Assembly: GCF_037042905.1 (NCBI RefSeq)
Contig: NC_087252.1
Span: forward strand, 13,270,001 to 13,334,000
Length of the DNA: 64,000 nt
Source of the DNA: Lytechinus pictus
Lineage: Eukaryota
Reading direction: 5' to 3'
Position numbers and translations under genes: made by a program. Positions 1 through 13,516 of this stretch are shown here, piece after piece; positions within the stretch are counted from its first letter, which is position 1, and each line of letters begins with the position of its first letter. The notes under the pieces were generated by a model. That model searched no databases, was not told the DNA's origin, and saw only the letters and a program-made list of their open reading frames with translations.

Positions 1-132
1 AATATTAGACCCAAATACTCACTTTGTTTACTTTGCAGCTAGAAAGTAATTGAAAAGGTTTATGGGGCAGGCAAGAATGTGTAAGAAAGAGGGGAAAGAG
101 GGACGGCGAGTGTATGGAGACCTGACTATCTT

Positions 133-308
133 CACAGTAAAAATAAAAACAGCACATTGTTTAAGCCTGTCACTCTAACAACAAGTTGTTAACACTTTTT
201 TTTGCAATGGTTTAAAAAGTTTAAACAGTTGTTTAAAAAGTTTTAACAATAGTTGACACGGACTTAAACAACAGTATGCTTAAACTTTTAAACAGCGTTT
301 TTACAGTG
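133..308. mobile_element. Palindromic MITE (CACWGTAAAA termini)
   Basis: CACAGTAAAAA...TTTTTACAGTG with internal inverted symmetry. Related sequence at ~43580-43780 and 62233. Confidence 0.6.
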
Positions 309-1458
309 TTATGCGATTGCTACACAAACGAGTAAAAAATAGCTCAATTCATACTTGATAGATTCAAATCAGATTTTTTTGGGGGGATTCCGAAGCTAAC
401 AAAACTGAAAAAAAGTTACCAGACACAGTGGGTTTTCTACCTCCATGGTTTTATCAGTGCTGCATACAGTTATGTGTCATGTGGAATTTCTTGTATGTAC
501 ACTGTATTAGGTTATGTATGTTGGGGGGTGGATGTTGCAGGAATAATGTGCAAGTTATTACCCATCAATTACTTGCACTATGATTTTTTTTTAATGTTTG
601 TTTCTGTCTTTGTGGGAGAAGGGGGAGCTGTCAGAATCCTAAAGCCTAAGAACTGTAGCTGGGGGAGGGGGGAGGGTGCACCTGCGGGTACCAATCCCCC
701 CCTCCCTCAGATATGTCCCTCTCTCTGTCCCTGCTACTAGTGCTCGACACCCCTGGATCACATCCAGGGGCGGCAACCCCTTCAAGGAGGGGGCAATGTC
801 TGTCACTCTAATTCAATTTACCCCCTCATTTCTTAGCGTACGTCAATCCAGCCTTATCGTTCATATCTGTGATAGAGGAAATCAAGAAACGACGAAGGCT
901 GTTGGTGACTTCATCCAATCCTGTCTAAGATTGAATCATCCTTACGTTAATTTAACTGAATAACTTCAACTCTAATATTCATGTGATTTTCGGGTTCATC
1001 AAGAGGTATTGCGAAGGATGGATGACACACCATCCCTTCTCTCTGAAGACGTTTATCTACTATTGCCACTCTCAACCCAGGTGAATTGATGGTCCAAAAA
1101 TGGATCAACATAATGGTGTTCATTATCTTTCTTAATCAGATTGTTCTCATCCAGCTTGAATCACTAACCTAAAGAAGTGTGTAGATTACCCATTCAGGGG
1201 GCCATTTCAAGAATGACTGGTGATTCTTTTTAGCTTTTTAGCTCTATGAATAGCTCTATGAAACGCCAACCAAGATTCATTGATTTAATACCTGATACAC
1301 GATATCAAGAAAGCTTCAAAGACTGCTTCAAGCATCCCTAATACACACTGACTAAATTGGTCCCTACTAACTAGTTTACGAATGTTGATGAGATTGGGGT
1401 CTAAGAGTCTGACCATGGTTTGACCTATATTAAATCATCAGTATGAATGCAGTCTTTA

Positions 1459-1930
1459 GGTGGTTTCAGACCGCCTCGAAGTTCGTCAGTTCCAGGTATT
1501 TTCTGATCGGGAAATTTACCCCGATCAGAAAATACCAGGTAATTTGGCAAAGTGAAAGCAAATTACGCGTAATCTCCCCAAAAGAAAATACCCACTAAAT
1601 AGTAGGTACTTGTCAAAATTACGAGAACTTTCGCGGGGATTTTTCCAAGGTCGCAGGTATTTTGGCAATGTGAAAGCAATTTACGGGAACTTTTAGCCCG
1701 GTGTGTAGATGTCGCGGGCGCCGTGAGTGGCTGCTGAGCTAGCGATTTTGAATCTAGCGCCTCACTTGCTTCTCAGACCATACTGCGCATGCTCGTAACT
1801 TCAGGAACTTATCCCGAAGGGTATGTTTCAGGGCGGTGTGACTGCAGGAATAATTAATAGGTATTTTTAGCCTAAAAAAGTTCTCGTAATTTAACAGGAA
1901 TTCTTATGATCGAGGCGGTTTGAAAGCACC
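1459..1930. mobile_element. MITE with ~21-bp TIRs
   Basis: GGTGGTTTCAGACCGCCTCGA / TCGAGGCGGTTTGAAAGCACC, TA on both flanks, CpG-rich interior. Confidence 0.85.
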
Positions 1931-3182
1931 TATTGATGTCCACTTGCATCTCCTGCTGTCATTCAGGTGAGTAAAACCTTATCAGTAATCCACATGATCT
2001 GTCCTAGTACGACCCCCTACAGATCACATGTCATGAGTCAGGAATGTAGACAGACACAAATGGACAGGTAAAAGAACCGACTGATGATGGTCCGAACAGA
2101 TGACCGGCCGTACAGAAACGTTGTAACTAGCGCTGACAGAGCACTATTACAGTAGGCCCAGTCACATCTTTCAGATTGTGATGTCAAACATTGATCTAAG
2201 ACGTAAATAATCCATTGTTGTGACATTATGCATCGCTGCGACATTACCGGTTGTAACAGGGGCATCTATCTGTTGGGGCTAACGTTTCTGTGCAGCTGTT
2301 ACAGATAGCTATGGCACTGGACCAGTCTGCTGTGCAAACCGTTCATTCGAGGAAAAGGGTCTGAATATACAGCCTAAGTCCTTAACTGGGACTTGTGGGC
2401 ATGGCTGTGGGTTCTGCTCATTAGCAATGTGTACAAGTGCTAGTTTTGTGTCTCCAGACTACAAAAAGACTCCTGTAAACACCCGGGGGGGGGGGGGGGC
2501 AGTTGAATGTATTGCTGTACACATGCGTGGCCAAAGTATTTCCAAACACTCCCTAAACGAGTTTTTCTATGTGTGCAAAATAACCACCTAAACAAATTTT
2601 TCGCGGGCTTTATTTCAACATTTTGGCCCCGAAACGAGTTGTCTCCTGAATATGACCCCGGGGAATAAACTTGGGGGAAAAAAATGTGCCCCTCTTTTGG
2701 AAAATCCTGGATCCGCCCCTGCTCCTCCCCATATGTCTCCTAGCCCCTCCCACTTTCCCCATTTACTCCACACTCATGAAAGACACACTCTTCAGAAAAT
2801 TATTCCAGTTTCCTTCTCTGGCAATTAAGAAGCAGGTGATGACAGACTACGCAAAAATAATGCCCAATCTTTTGATAGGATGAGCGCAATACTTAATTGT
2901 TCTAGAGGCTCTTCTATAATAATTCTGGTCAATTTTTCGTCTACGGTATTAACGGCTTCTCCCCGGGGAGAGCTGAAAATAGCATGCTCGTGACATACGT
3001 CATAAAAGGGCCTACATTAAATGAGTTAATGAGGAAGAAACGATATCAGGAAAAGGGCAATTATTTAAAAAGACATTTCGTCTTGAAAAAAAGTAAAAGG
3101 AAACGTTGCTTTGAGGATGGTCACCTGAATGTGAGTGGCTAGTTTGGATCACCTTCCATTAGTGACCCACTTCAAAGGGGTC

Positions 3183-3630
3183 AATTCCCACTTGGTCTAC
3201 TGGAATCCCACTTGGTCTATTGTAATTCCATTTGGTCTACTGGAATCCAATCTAGTCTATTGCAATTCCACTTGGTCTAATGATGGAATCCCAATTGGTC
3301 TAATACTTTCTATATCAAAATAATAAGTTGTCTTATTTTTCTGCTATATTATATTCCATGTTTGAATGAAACGCGATAAAAGTTTTTAATACAAGAAATT
3401 TGCATGGTCCATCAATCTCCACTTGGTCTACTGGAATCCCACTTGATCTATTGTAATTCCACTTGATCTACTGGAATCCAATCTGGTCTATGGCAATTCT
3501 ACTTGGTCTAAAGGAATCCCAACTGGTCTAATACCGGTTCTATCTCAAAATAATAAGTTGTCTTATTTTTCTGCTATATTATATTCCATGTTTGAATGAA
3601 ACGCGATAATACAAGAATTTTCATCGTCCA
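3183..3630. repeat. Tandem duplication (~230 bp x2) built on a ~21-bp CACTTGGTCTA minisatellite
   Basis: Repeated CACTTGGTCTA units. The block TCAAAATAATAAGTTGTC...GAAACGCGATAA occurs at ~3315 and ~3545. Confidence 0.85.
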
Positions 3631-4875
3631 TGAATTTGTAACATGGTACAAATGAAACCACCTTTGTGAATTCGGGCCAAAAGGTGTACGCTAAAAATAC
3701 AGACTTATTTACCATCCCAACAGGACCCAGCCATCAACTGTCCAATTAATCGACTACCCTAATATGTCACAAGATAATCTGGTGGACAAGTTCACAACCT
3801 CCTCTGTCAATTTAACCTAACCCCCTTGTGATGGCTAGGGAATGGGTAGATGTCCGTCTATGGATGGCCCCATTCACACTACAACAACAAAATCACCCCT
3901 AAAACTCATTCTGAAACAATCTAAACAGATTTCAGCATAATACATTCTCTCTCGCTTTTTTTTTTGGGGGGGGGGTAGTAAAAAAGATAGAGCTAGTGTA
4001 GTTTGCAATAAAATGTTCTTGATTTCCGCATATTAGACACATAATGCAGAGTCTGAAATAGGAGACTAGATTCACTCTACCAAGGACCAACAACAACTTA
4101 TGAAGGGCCAAAGAACTATCTTATTTCACATTTTTTATTTAATTTTTTATTTGATTTCAGAGCAAAGTGGATTTACAATCTTCAAGTCATGAGGTTACTG
4201 TTGTAAACAAAGAATTTTTTTTTTTTTAAATAAAGAAAGCATATAGATTGGCAAATTGTATTTTTGTCTTGAATAACTTGTACTACATGCATTTAAAATG
4301 CAGTCATGAAGAATTTGGAAAATTTACATCATTATTATTACTCTTTTTCATGACTGTAGAACTACATAAATTGGTTTACAAAATAAAGTGATTTCTAATA
4401 CAAAAATAATTTCCTATCTGAACAGGGCTGCTGTCTGCTCCGGAAATGAGCTCCGCCCCTAGTCCCATTGGTAGGGCTTATTAGAAAAACAGCCTTCAGC
4501 AACGATTATACTACAAGAGCAGCATCAATGGACCTGGAAAACCGCAAGAAAACTTGGCTATTCTTTCCTTGGCTGGTGTTACATGCTTGGGTTAACATAC
4601 CACAGACTTTGGATAACATGTTACATGGATTTGGAGCAAATCCCAACTCCCTAGTAATACAATAAGGTGCTTTCTAACATAGGCACCCATCAGATAGCCC
4701 CCCCCCCCCCCAAAAAAAAAAAAAACGATGAAAATAAATAATTCTTATTAATATTAACATATTCCCAACAGGAAAGATAAATAATTTACATTCAATATAG
4801 CATTGTACAAACCTTTTTAATTTACGATTTGAATTTCATTGATCAAAGATATACTTTAATTAACTATTTATTGCA

Positions 4876-5016
4876 GGGAACCCATACTAACAAGCTTTGC
4901 TTTCCAGTGGGTTCCCTTTTTTCATTTCTGTATATTATATTTTTGTGTTTTGCTATACATTGTAACCTTTGTTAAATTTTGGAATGAAAAAGAATAAATG
5001 CAATCAATCAATCAAT
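4876..5016 (+). mobile_element. 3' end of a non-LTR retrotransposon (stem-loop, AATAAA, (TCAA)n tail)
   Basis: GGGAACCCA...ACAAGCTTTGCTTT...TGGGTTCCC hairpin, T-rich UTR, AATAAA, then CAATCAATCAAT. Related copy at 11207. Confidence 0.6.
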
Positions 5017-7771
5017 TTACTGAGAATTAATAACTAAATAATGTCTAGGCCCGATGAAACTCGAGGCCTGATCAACAATGTAATATTTGAGGCAAGTGCC
5101 GCACAAGTTTTCATAATAAACGAGTAGTTTTGTTACTATGAGTAAGAGAAGAAAACTAAGCACCATGCCAGATTATAAAGACAATACCACAGTATAAATG
5201 AATACATGGGGAATACTGGAAAATAATAATATTATATTAGTCAGGGATTTATCCCTGACTTACAAGTCTATGATATGGAATCATATTTTTCTAAGAACTA
5301 TTTTAGAAGAGGCCTATTCTGTAAAACGAGAAAAAGATAAAACTGCAAAACAAAACTCCTAATGTAAATATTCACATTTCAAAATCAACTTTCATTGTTG
5401 TATCAATAATATGCATTGGGAATATAAACAATGCTTGATGCTTTGTTTGGTTCAAGAGAAATGTAAATACTCAGTTCACACTTCATCTGAATAGGAACGT
5501 TTGGCCATGTTTCCATGACAAATCTCTCTTTCTCTCTCTTCATCTACCCCCCCACCCCTCTTTCTCCCTTTACTCGATTTTTAAAAATTTTGTTTGTATA
5601 CTGCAGAATACAGAACTGTTTACATGAAATTAAGAAAAAAGAGAACAAAATCCAATTTAGAAATTCATACACACATAAGGACAATCACCTAGGAAACAAA
5701 AAGATCTATCCAAACGTGAACCAGTGCGAACCCAAACACCATAACAAGTTTACTTGTTGATTTTCACACTTGAATGCAAATACGATTATTTGCATTCATA
5801 CCTCATTGCAAAAACACAATGCCACTGATCAGAAGAGCGTATACCACAATATTTATTATTTTTTTCATCAAGGCCGATTCAAAATTAACAAGCGGAGAAA
5901 TCTGTTTGGGAATGTATTTTTGGCTTGTAGTCAACAAGATGTACAAAAATAACCTCAGAATATTGCAGCATGTTCGACTGAGGTGTAAAATGGGAATCCT
6001 ATTGAAAGAGATTTGATATATAGATATGAAATATGATATTCAAGGGATGTTAAATATTGCATAAAAAGTCCCTAAATATCATACAGTGTAACCCTACAAC
6101 ATAAATACAATATTTTTTATTAAAAATGTTATGAAATAGGCCCTAAATTATATTACATAAATACCTCAGTACGGTAATCTATTTTGGATTTGATTAAAAC
6201 ATTGTTCAGCTTCATTCAAATAAAAGCTACTTTTCAACTAGAATAAAAAATGAAAAAAAGATTTCTCACACAACATGCATCATAGCATAGCAAATGCATG
6301 TGTAGTTTAACGTTCTACATCTTTTATCAGTTAGAAGAATATAAAAAGCTGCTTTCTAAATAGAAAGAAAGGAGGTCAAATTTTGATCCCCGTTCTTCTT
6401 CAGCTTACAGAGTATGTAAGACGGCATTCTACTTTAAGTAAAGGTGTTGATTTACAAGATAAACACAGGCATGAAAATGAATCACTTTCACAAAATTCTG
6501 CCCTTAAAAATATACAGATTTAGAGACTCAGAAGCATGATAGTACTTGCAATACAAGTTTTATAAGTGATGGATCTATATAATATAGGTCAAATATCAGA
6601 GCTTTATTCTGGTAAGGAAATAGTCACTTAAAATTAAAGTCAAAGATTAAATATTTAGAAATCGCTGATTTAGTTCTTGCTTGCATATGAAGTTGCACTT
6701 AAATTGTAATAAACATTGTGAATATGTATCTATATATAGGCCTATGTAGGCACTATGTGTGCATGCACTATAAATCCCTTGATTAGTAACAAAAGAAATA
6801 TTCAATATCAGATTGAAAATCTGTATCTTTATAATTTCATATTGAGCTTGTGTCAAACTCTTATTCTATTACAGATAATAGGGGCATTAAAAGTGCAGCA
6901 AAATCATCCGTTCATACATTAAAATAAGTAGGTCATTGGGTCACAGAGTTGTAAGATTAAAATAATTATTAGCATGCCTTTGTCTAAATTTATGAGAACA
7001 ATCAATCGACTTAAAATGAAAGTAAAACATCGAATATTTCACAAAAGAGTAATATCTTTAATCAGTAACCAAACTTATATCTTATGAGTCAATCATTAAA
7101 TTTTTGCTTCCTCCATTAAAGGCATTATTCCATTTTCTAAAAATATATTTCCCAGTAAACAGAGGGAGAAAAAAGAGAGAAAATAATAAATCAATAAAGA
7201 CAAAATTCAAAAGAATGGGTGCAGACTGTCTCAATTCCAAGGCTTAATACTTCCTTATAATATAAGAATACAAATTGCACATCATTTGAGTTTTTTTCAA
7301 ATAACTATTTCAATGATGGGACAACTTAAATTAAGTTTCATGTTAAGGATGGAAAGGCCAACACATTGCCAGCAACTTTAATATGTTTGGTTTTTTTTTT
7401 CGTCACCTGATTTTTCCTTTCAACCATTAAAGATATAAATAGATCCAAATGACTCAACCAGAAGTCATGAATTTTATAACACACCATGAAGAATTATAAC
7501 TCATCACCGGGCAGAACAACAAATCTGAACTTTGGTCCCACACCTAAACTTCCATGTCTGTTATTTGAGGTGGATCCTAAACTGGAAAACATATTCCTCC
7601 CCTTGCATGGGCCGCCATATGGCACGCTGTGAAAGAATGCGGCGGTATGAGTCACAAGCCGGTGCCTGCGGAGCTTTCAAACCGACTCCAGATTTTGGAG
7701 CCCACCATATGTCCCCGGTCTTGCGAATGGCAATGTTTTGCCTTTTTTTCACGATGGTTGCATTTTCCTGG

Positions 7772-7814
7772 CTAGATTCTGAATGACTCTCCCCCAAGGC
7801 TAGCATTTAGCAGA
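7772..7814 (-). CDS. Candidate last coding exon of an unidentified minus-strand gene (..LLNASLGGESFRI*)
   Basis: Acceptor TGTGTTTCCAG (AG at 7816-7815) opens a GC-richer block, followed by several kb of TE-poor, 3'-UTR-like sequence. No homology recognised. Confidence 0.25.
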
Positions 7815-8157
7815 CTGGAAACACATTGGAAATATAGTACATTTCAAGGAACCCATAAGAAAAAAATCTATTCAGGTGAAACTATTACTTTCACAAAATT
7901 CCTTATAATAATCACACTCAATTCAGTCTCTATTTGATTTCCATAAAAAATCCAAAATCATCACTGACCTAATATTTGAAATTGAAATATGATGTAAATT
8001 GTAAAAACACATGATCAAATACTATGAACAGTAAAAGTAAAAGACAGAGGCACAGTCAACCTGTATGTCTTTCCCTCTCTGTTTCTTCTTATTTTAAACA
8101 AAATAAAATAAAAAGAGGATCTTATAATATAACCTTAAGTTTACATGTACCACTTAA

Positions 8158-8755
8158 AGGGATGGTACGGGCTCAAAATACATGTATTTCATATCTCAAT
8201 AATAGAGTAAAATTCAGAGCAAAATGCTGAAAATTTCATCAAAATCAGATAACAAATAACAAAGTTATTGGATTCTAAAGTTAATAAATATTTTGAGAAA
8301 ATATGCACATCGTTATGAATATTCATTAGGTGGGCTGATGGTGTCACATCCCCACTTTCCTTTTTCATATGTTAATACATGATGTTTCATTTTTTCATAC
8401 ATGTGTAAATGATGTGTCTCCATTGATTGTGATGAAATAAGTTGCAGCAATAAATAACTATACACTTAATCAGTTGTCAATCCAATTGCTTTAGTTCTTG
8501 GTATAATTTTTTTCATAAGTTACCTTATTTCCTATAATAAAAGCCAAAAGAACAAGTGGGGATATGATATCATCAGCCCACCTAATGAATATTCATGACA
8601 ACATGCCTAGAACTGTTTCACCAGAATCATGCAAATCTTTGAAATTCAATAACTTTGTTATTTGTTATCCAAGTTTGATCAAATTTTCAGCAGTTTGCTC
8701 TGTAAATTTCACTCTATTTATTGAGATAGAAATATCTTCAGCCAGGACCATCCCT
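8158..8755. mobile_element. Kolobok-like MITE (TTAA flanks)
   Basis: TTAA-AGGGATGGT...ACCATCCC-TTAA, with long imperfect subterminal inverted repeats. Confidence 0.8.
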
Positions 8756-9828
8756 TAAATTCATTCACTTCCCATTTCTTTCATTCTAAGTTTGTCCAGT
8801 GAAGTGGGAGGTTTGTCACTGGAAAGGGAATGTTTTGTATTCTTCATGCTCAACGGGCTGTCAAAATGTTGTTTCGATTAGAATCTCATTCAATGAACCA
8901 ATGAGACAGATATAGGACAAAGAGGAAATAGAACTTTCAAAAGTACGTATTGACTATCGACAGCCTCCTTTATCATATTTCCACCATTTTCACAACCATC
9001 CTGAGAACGTTTCACTTTCGAATTGTGTTTCAAGGTTAAGACTCAACCGTTAAGCATTTGTTAGTGTTGGCTATGAAAGTGATAAGTATGTCATGTGCTT
9101 GCTTTGAATTTTTTAAACTACAGTAGAACAATATCCAAAAATTGACTCAAATCACACACAACTAGGGGGAGTAGGGGCACAAAGTTGCAATCAATGAAAT
9201 TCCCGAAGTCAAAAGAATTTTGATTTCTCTCTTAACCATAAGAAATGCATATTTGGGACTAAAGTTAGATAGTCCAAGTGAAATGTAAAGCTTTCAACAA
9301 CGCCCTGTTAGAAAAATTCAAACTAGAAAATGTTCATTATCTGCATAAAAGCCTACAAATTCTGGTTAACTACTCATAAAAGGGCAGAACAGGCCTTTAA
9401 TTTATTTAGGAGGGGCAAGGCAACTTTGGAGCGGGACACTTTTTGTAATATACTAATAAGGGCAAAATCACATAATTTACGATAAAGGCACCACAACAGT
9501 AAAAAAAATTGCACATTTTCAGTGACATCAACTTCAATCAAAAGGAGGAGGGTCTATAGCTTTCAGGCCTGGCATTTATGTACAAACTGAACTTATGAAA
9601 TAAATAGTAATGTATGAGACAAACCAGTTAAATGGAATGGTGATTCGGTGACTAACAGCTCGGCACAGGTCTGTACGAAATAACCCTGGCAAGTCGAGCA
9701 TGACAAAGCAAGTCTGGAGGTTTCAAGCCGTGCCTAGCAAGGATCATGATAGAATATTAGGCCACAGTCACACAAAACGGAACCGACTTCAAACCAACCC
9801 TGATATGCCAATGGAAATAAGGCAATAA

Positions 9829-10145
9829 GACCCCATTCTCACTACCGTCCTAAAATAAAAATAGTTCACTGGAAACTAGTTTAATGTGTAATGAGAACAG
9901 TCCCAGCGGTCTTGGGAGCGATCTTCCAAACCGGTTCGGTAAACAACCTTGCAGTGCAGTTTTCAAGATCGCTTTGCCTCGTTCGGAACCAATCTTCGCA
10001 CATTTTGAGAGCGCTACTCCACACAAGGTCTTGAAAACCACTTTCGGGCGATCAGGTGGGAACGCTAGCAAAGCCACCTTCCAAACTGGTTTCCTGGACT
10101 GGTTTTAAATACACTAGTTTCAGAAAGTATAATGAGAACAGTGTC
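9829..10145. mobile_element. PIF/Harbinger-like MITE
   Basis: TAA-GACCCCATTCTCA...TGAGAACAGTGTC; homologous in opposite orientation to 25396-25803. Confidence 0.75.
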
Positions 10146-10161
10146 TTTCTTTGATCGGTCT

Positions 10162-10901
10162 GGGGCCTGTCTTACAAAGAGTTGTGATTGATCCAATCAA
10201 TCGCAACCATGGAGAGCCAGCAACATCAACGTCTAAAATACTTGTTTGTTCAAAATATTTTCTAGATATGATGTGTATTCATACATTCAACGTTTTCCTG
10301 ACAATTAAGTGTACTACTCGGCTTTGTCATCAAAGGACATTGAGCAAATTTCATAAAGAAATAAAAATTATGACATTGATGGATTTCCATATACTTGAGG
10401 TTGATCAGGTCAATAGACTAGTTCGTAGTTACATCATGGACAATTTTGGTCAAATGGCCTTTCATTTTTTTCATCATGATAGGCAGATTTCAAAGCAAGA
10501 TATTACGTAAGCTTGCCTTACATGGCAGAATGAAGAAATTTAATAAACCAGGTGACTAGAATAGCACACCAATGGACACTTTACATGTATGAATGTATTT
10601 GTTGCATTCCTACTTTGAATGCATATCATAGCATGTTGCACAATGTACTTGGCAAACAGTGATATACCAGTGTTCGTGGACGCATTGTTGTTTTTTGTGG
10701 ATGTAAATGAATACCTCTATTCAAAAGAATATATGAATAATCAAGATATCAAAGTTGGTGCTTATCTCATTAGATTTTAAACCACCATGTCACTTTAGTA
10801 CAAATGACCTTCCTCTGATCATGCGTAGAATCTTTTGATCATGCGCAGAAAGGAACTATGAACTGGCTTATTGTGTTCTATTATTTTGTAAGACGGGGTC
10901 C
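10162..10901. mobile_element. GGGGCCCGTCTTACAAAGAG-family MITE split by a nested insertion
   Basis: Left TIR at 10162, right TIR TTTGTAAGACGGGGTCC at ~10885-10901. Uninterrupted copies at 32614 and 34824. Confidence 0.75.
10412..10872. mobile_element. Nested TIR element
   Basis: AATAGACTAGTTCGTAGTT / AACTATGAACTGGCTTATT termini; reverse-orientation copy at 61001-61443. Confidence 0.75.
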
Positions 10902-11206
10902 TGGAGTCAGATTCATAGCGTGTGCCGTAGCATTCATGGCGTGATAAAGAGATGTTTAACTGGAAACTCTGACTTCCCGCTGATATGAAGAAAAAGGAAA
11001 TCATGTACAGGGGAGCTAGCAGCAAATAACAGCTCAATTAAACCTAAATTACTGTGTAACACACCATCCAGGTCTTCCTCTTATTATCTTTACTGTCTCG
11101 TACATGTAACATATATATGATTTCGACATTTTTGTTCCTTCTCTTTTTTCTTTCCTGTATATATACGCATATATGAATAAGTATAATATATGTTCTTCAT
11201 TTCCAA

Positions 11207-11390
11207 GGGGATCCACACTTTACAAGCTTTGCTTTTTAGTGGACCCCCCTCATTTCCATTTATGCTCACTGTTTTTTTGTTTTACGAAGTAAGAATGCTC
11301 GTCTGTAAAATTGTACTTGATTTGTATTACTTTATATTACTTTGTATTATGTTTTGAATGGAAATGGAATGAAGATTTGAAAAAAAATAA
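11207..11390 (+). mobile_element. 3' end of a related non-LTR retrotransposon
   Basis: GGGGATCCAC...ACAAGCTTTGCTTT...GTGGACCCCC hairpin, then a T-rich UTR and A-rich tail. Confidence 0.55.
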
Positions 11391-12004
11391 TGTAGTGGGT
11401 CAAAAATATGAAATCATGAGTTTAATAATAGCACTTACATGTACTCTGTGTAGAGCCTCTAGGTAACATCTCAGAAGACTATGGAAACTTTGTATGGTAA
11501 TCCTGTCTGAAACCATAATTTTGATTTGCTGTTTAACCTTGCTGTTACCAGGGCAGTTAGAATATTGGAAAGAAAGTTCTTTCTGAAACTTAATATAAGC
11601 TAGATGTATTGATATAATTTGCCTAAGAAATCTTATGTAAGCCCAATATACCTCTTTCTGCTTGTATCATTCACTCCAAAAAATGAACAATTGACAAAAT
11701 TTTCTAAAATATCACAAAGTCCACCAATGTTGCATGAAATGATGCAGAATAATATACATGTAACTGTGTTAAAATGGTCATTGCAATTTCAAGATTATTC
11801 AAAATGCATGACTTTTCAAAGAATATTTCAACATGTAATTTCTGTTAATATTTTGTCTTTTTTTACCTAATAAGAGGCCTAAACGTACAACAACAAAAAA
11901 AGAAAGAAGTGCATAATTAAATTAAATTTTAAGACATGATCATAAACAACTGATTTTCCAAAGAAAATCTTACAGATCGATCTCCATTTCAACAAGGACT
12001 CCAT

Positions 12005-12315
12005 GGCCCGTATTCTGAAGTCAGGTTTAACTTAGACCATGGTCTAACTCTGTGCTAAAATTATGGGTAGCCAAATATGTCAAATTATTTATTACATTGT
12101 ATGTTTCTTATGTTTACTGTGCTCTTTCCTGATTCATTGATGGTGAAGACAATCACCTTTTTATACTTCCTAGACAATTATGAATGATTTGAGAGCCAAA
12201 TGAGTTGAAACATGATATCTCTACCGTTTGTGATTCATGTAACAATTGGCTGTCCATACTTAAACCACAACTTTAAACCTGAGTTTAAGTTAAACCCGGC
12301 TTCAGAATACGGGCC
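12005..12315. mobile_element. MITE with ~28-bp TIRs
   Basis: GGCCCGTATTCTGAAGTCAGGTTTAACTTA / TAAGTTAAACCCGGCTTCAGAATACGGGCC. Confidence 0.85.
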
Positions 12316-12526
12316 CATTTGTTCACTTCTGAGCACAGAAACCAAATTTCAAGCCATGAATGGGATGTTCTATGTCATAGGCACATCAGAGTGCACTCAT
12401 GTTGTAAACATTATCCTACTATCTTATCAAACCCACAGATGACATTCAATAATTATTACCAGATAGCTTCCACTAATAATATCTCTGCCACATGGGGCTA
12501 TGTTCACACGGCAGTCAACTCATTAA

Positions 12527-13129
12527 AGGACAAGTCCACCCCAACAAAAAGTTGATTCGAATAAAAAAAGAAAAATCCAACAAGCATAACACTAAAAATT
12601 TCATCAAAATCGGAAGTAAAATAAGAAAGTTATGACATTTTAAAGTTTCGCTTAATTTCACAAAACAGTTATATGCACATCCTGGGTGGTATGCAAATTG
12701 GCAGACTGATGACGTCACCCACTCACTATTTCTTTTGTATTTTATTATATGAAATATGAAATATTCAAATTTTCTCCTCTTTGTCAAGTGAAACAAAGTT
12801 TTATTTATCCCTGAACATGTAGAATTACCATTATTTTAACAGTTTATCGTTAAGTTAAGTTGGTCCTTATTGTCAAATTTGTAAAAATTAAAATATTGTA
12901 TTATTCAAACAATAAAAAACAAAAGAAATAGTGAGTGATGGACATCATTGTCTCTCTCATTTGCATGTCACTGAGTTGTGCACTTAACTATTTTGTGAAA
13001 AATTGCGAAACTTAAAAATGTCATAACTTTTTGATTTTACATCCGATTTCGATGAAATTTGCAGCGTTATGTTTGTTTGATTTTTCTCTATCGATTCAAA
13101 TCAACAATTTTCTGGGGTGGACTTGACCT
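12527..13129. mobile_element. Kolobok-like MITE (TTAA TSD)
   Basis: TTAA-AGGACAAGTCCACCCCA...TGGGGTGGACTTGACCT-TTAA. Confidence 0.85.
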
Positions 13130-13285
13130 TTAAAGTTAATATGTTGGTCCCTCGTAAGATTTTCTACACATTTATGTACACAGGGTTGTCAACATTTCAA
13201 AATTTGAATTGTTACAGTTGAAAAGAGATTCAATGTCCACTACATTTTTGTGTGAATGTCAGATGATATGCTAGAACATAGCCTA

Positions 13286-13516
13286 CACTCTAAATTCCAA
13301 GGATTTAAAATAAATCCAGATCAGCTGTGAATAGTGACCAGCTGAATATTAGATTAAGAGTCAAACCATTGGGATTTAAAATAATGCTAAAAAAATTGAA
13401 TTTTAATCATTTGAGATTTACAAGTTAATCCTAAAGATTGAAAATAAATCCAAAATTTGGCTGGTCACCATTCACAGCCGATCTGGATTTATTCTAAGTC
13501 CTTGAAATTTAGAGTG
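13286..13516. mobile_element. Palindromic MITE with CACT...AGTG termini and TA flanks
   Basis: About 55-bp imperfect TIRs; second copy at 47831-48075. Confidence 0.85.
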
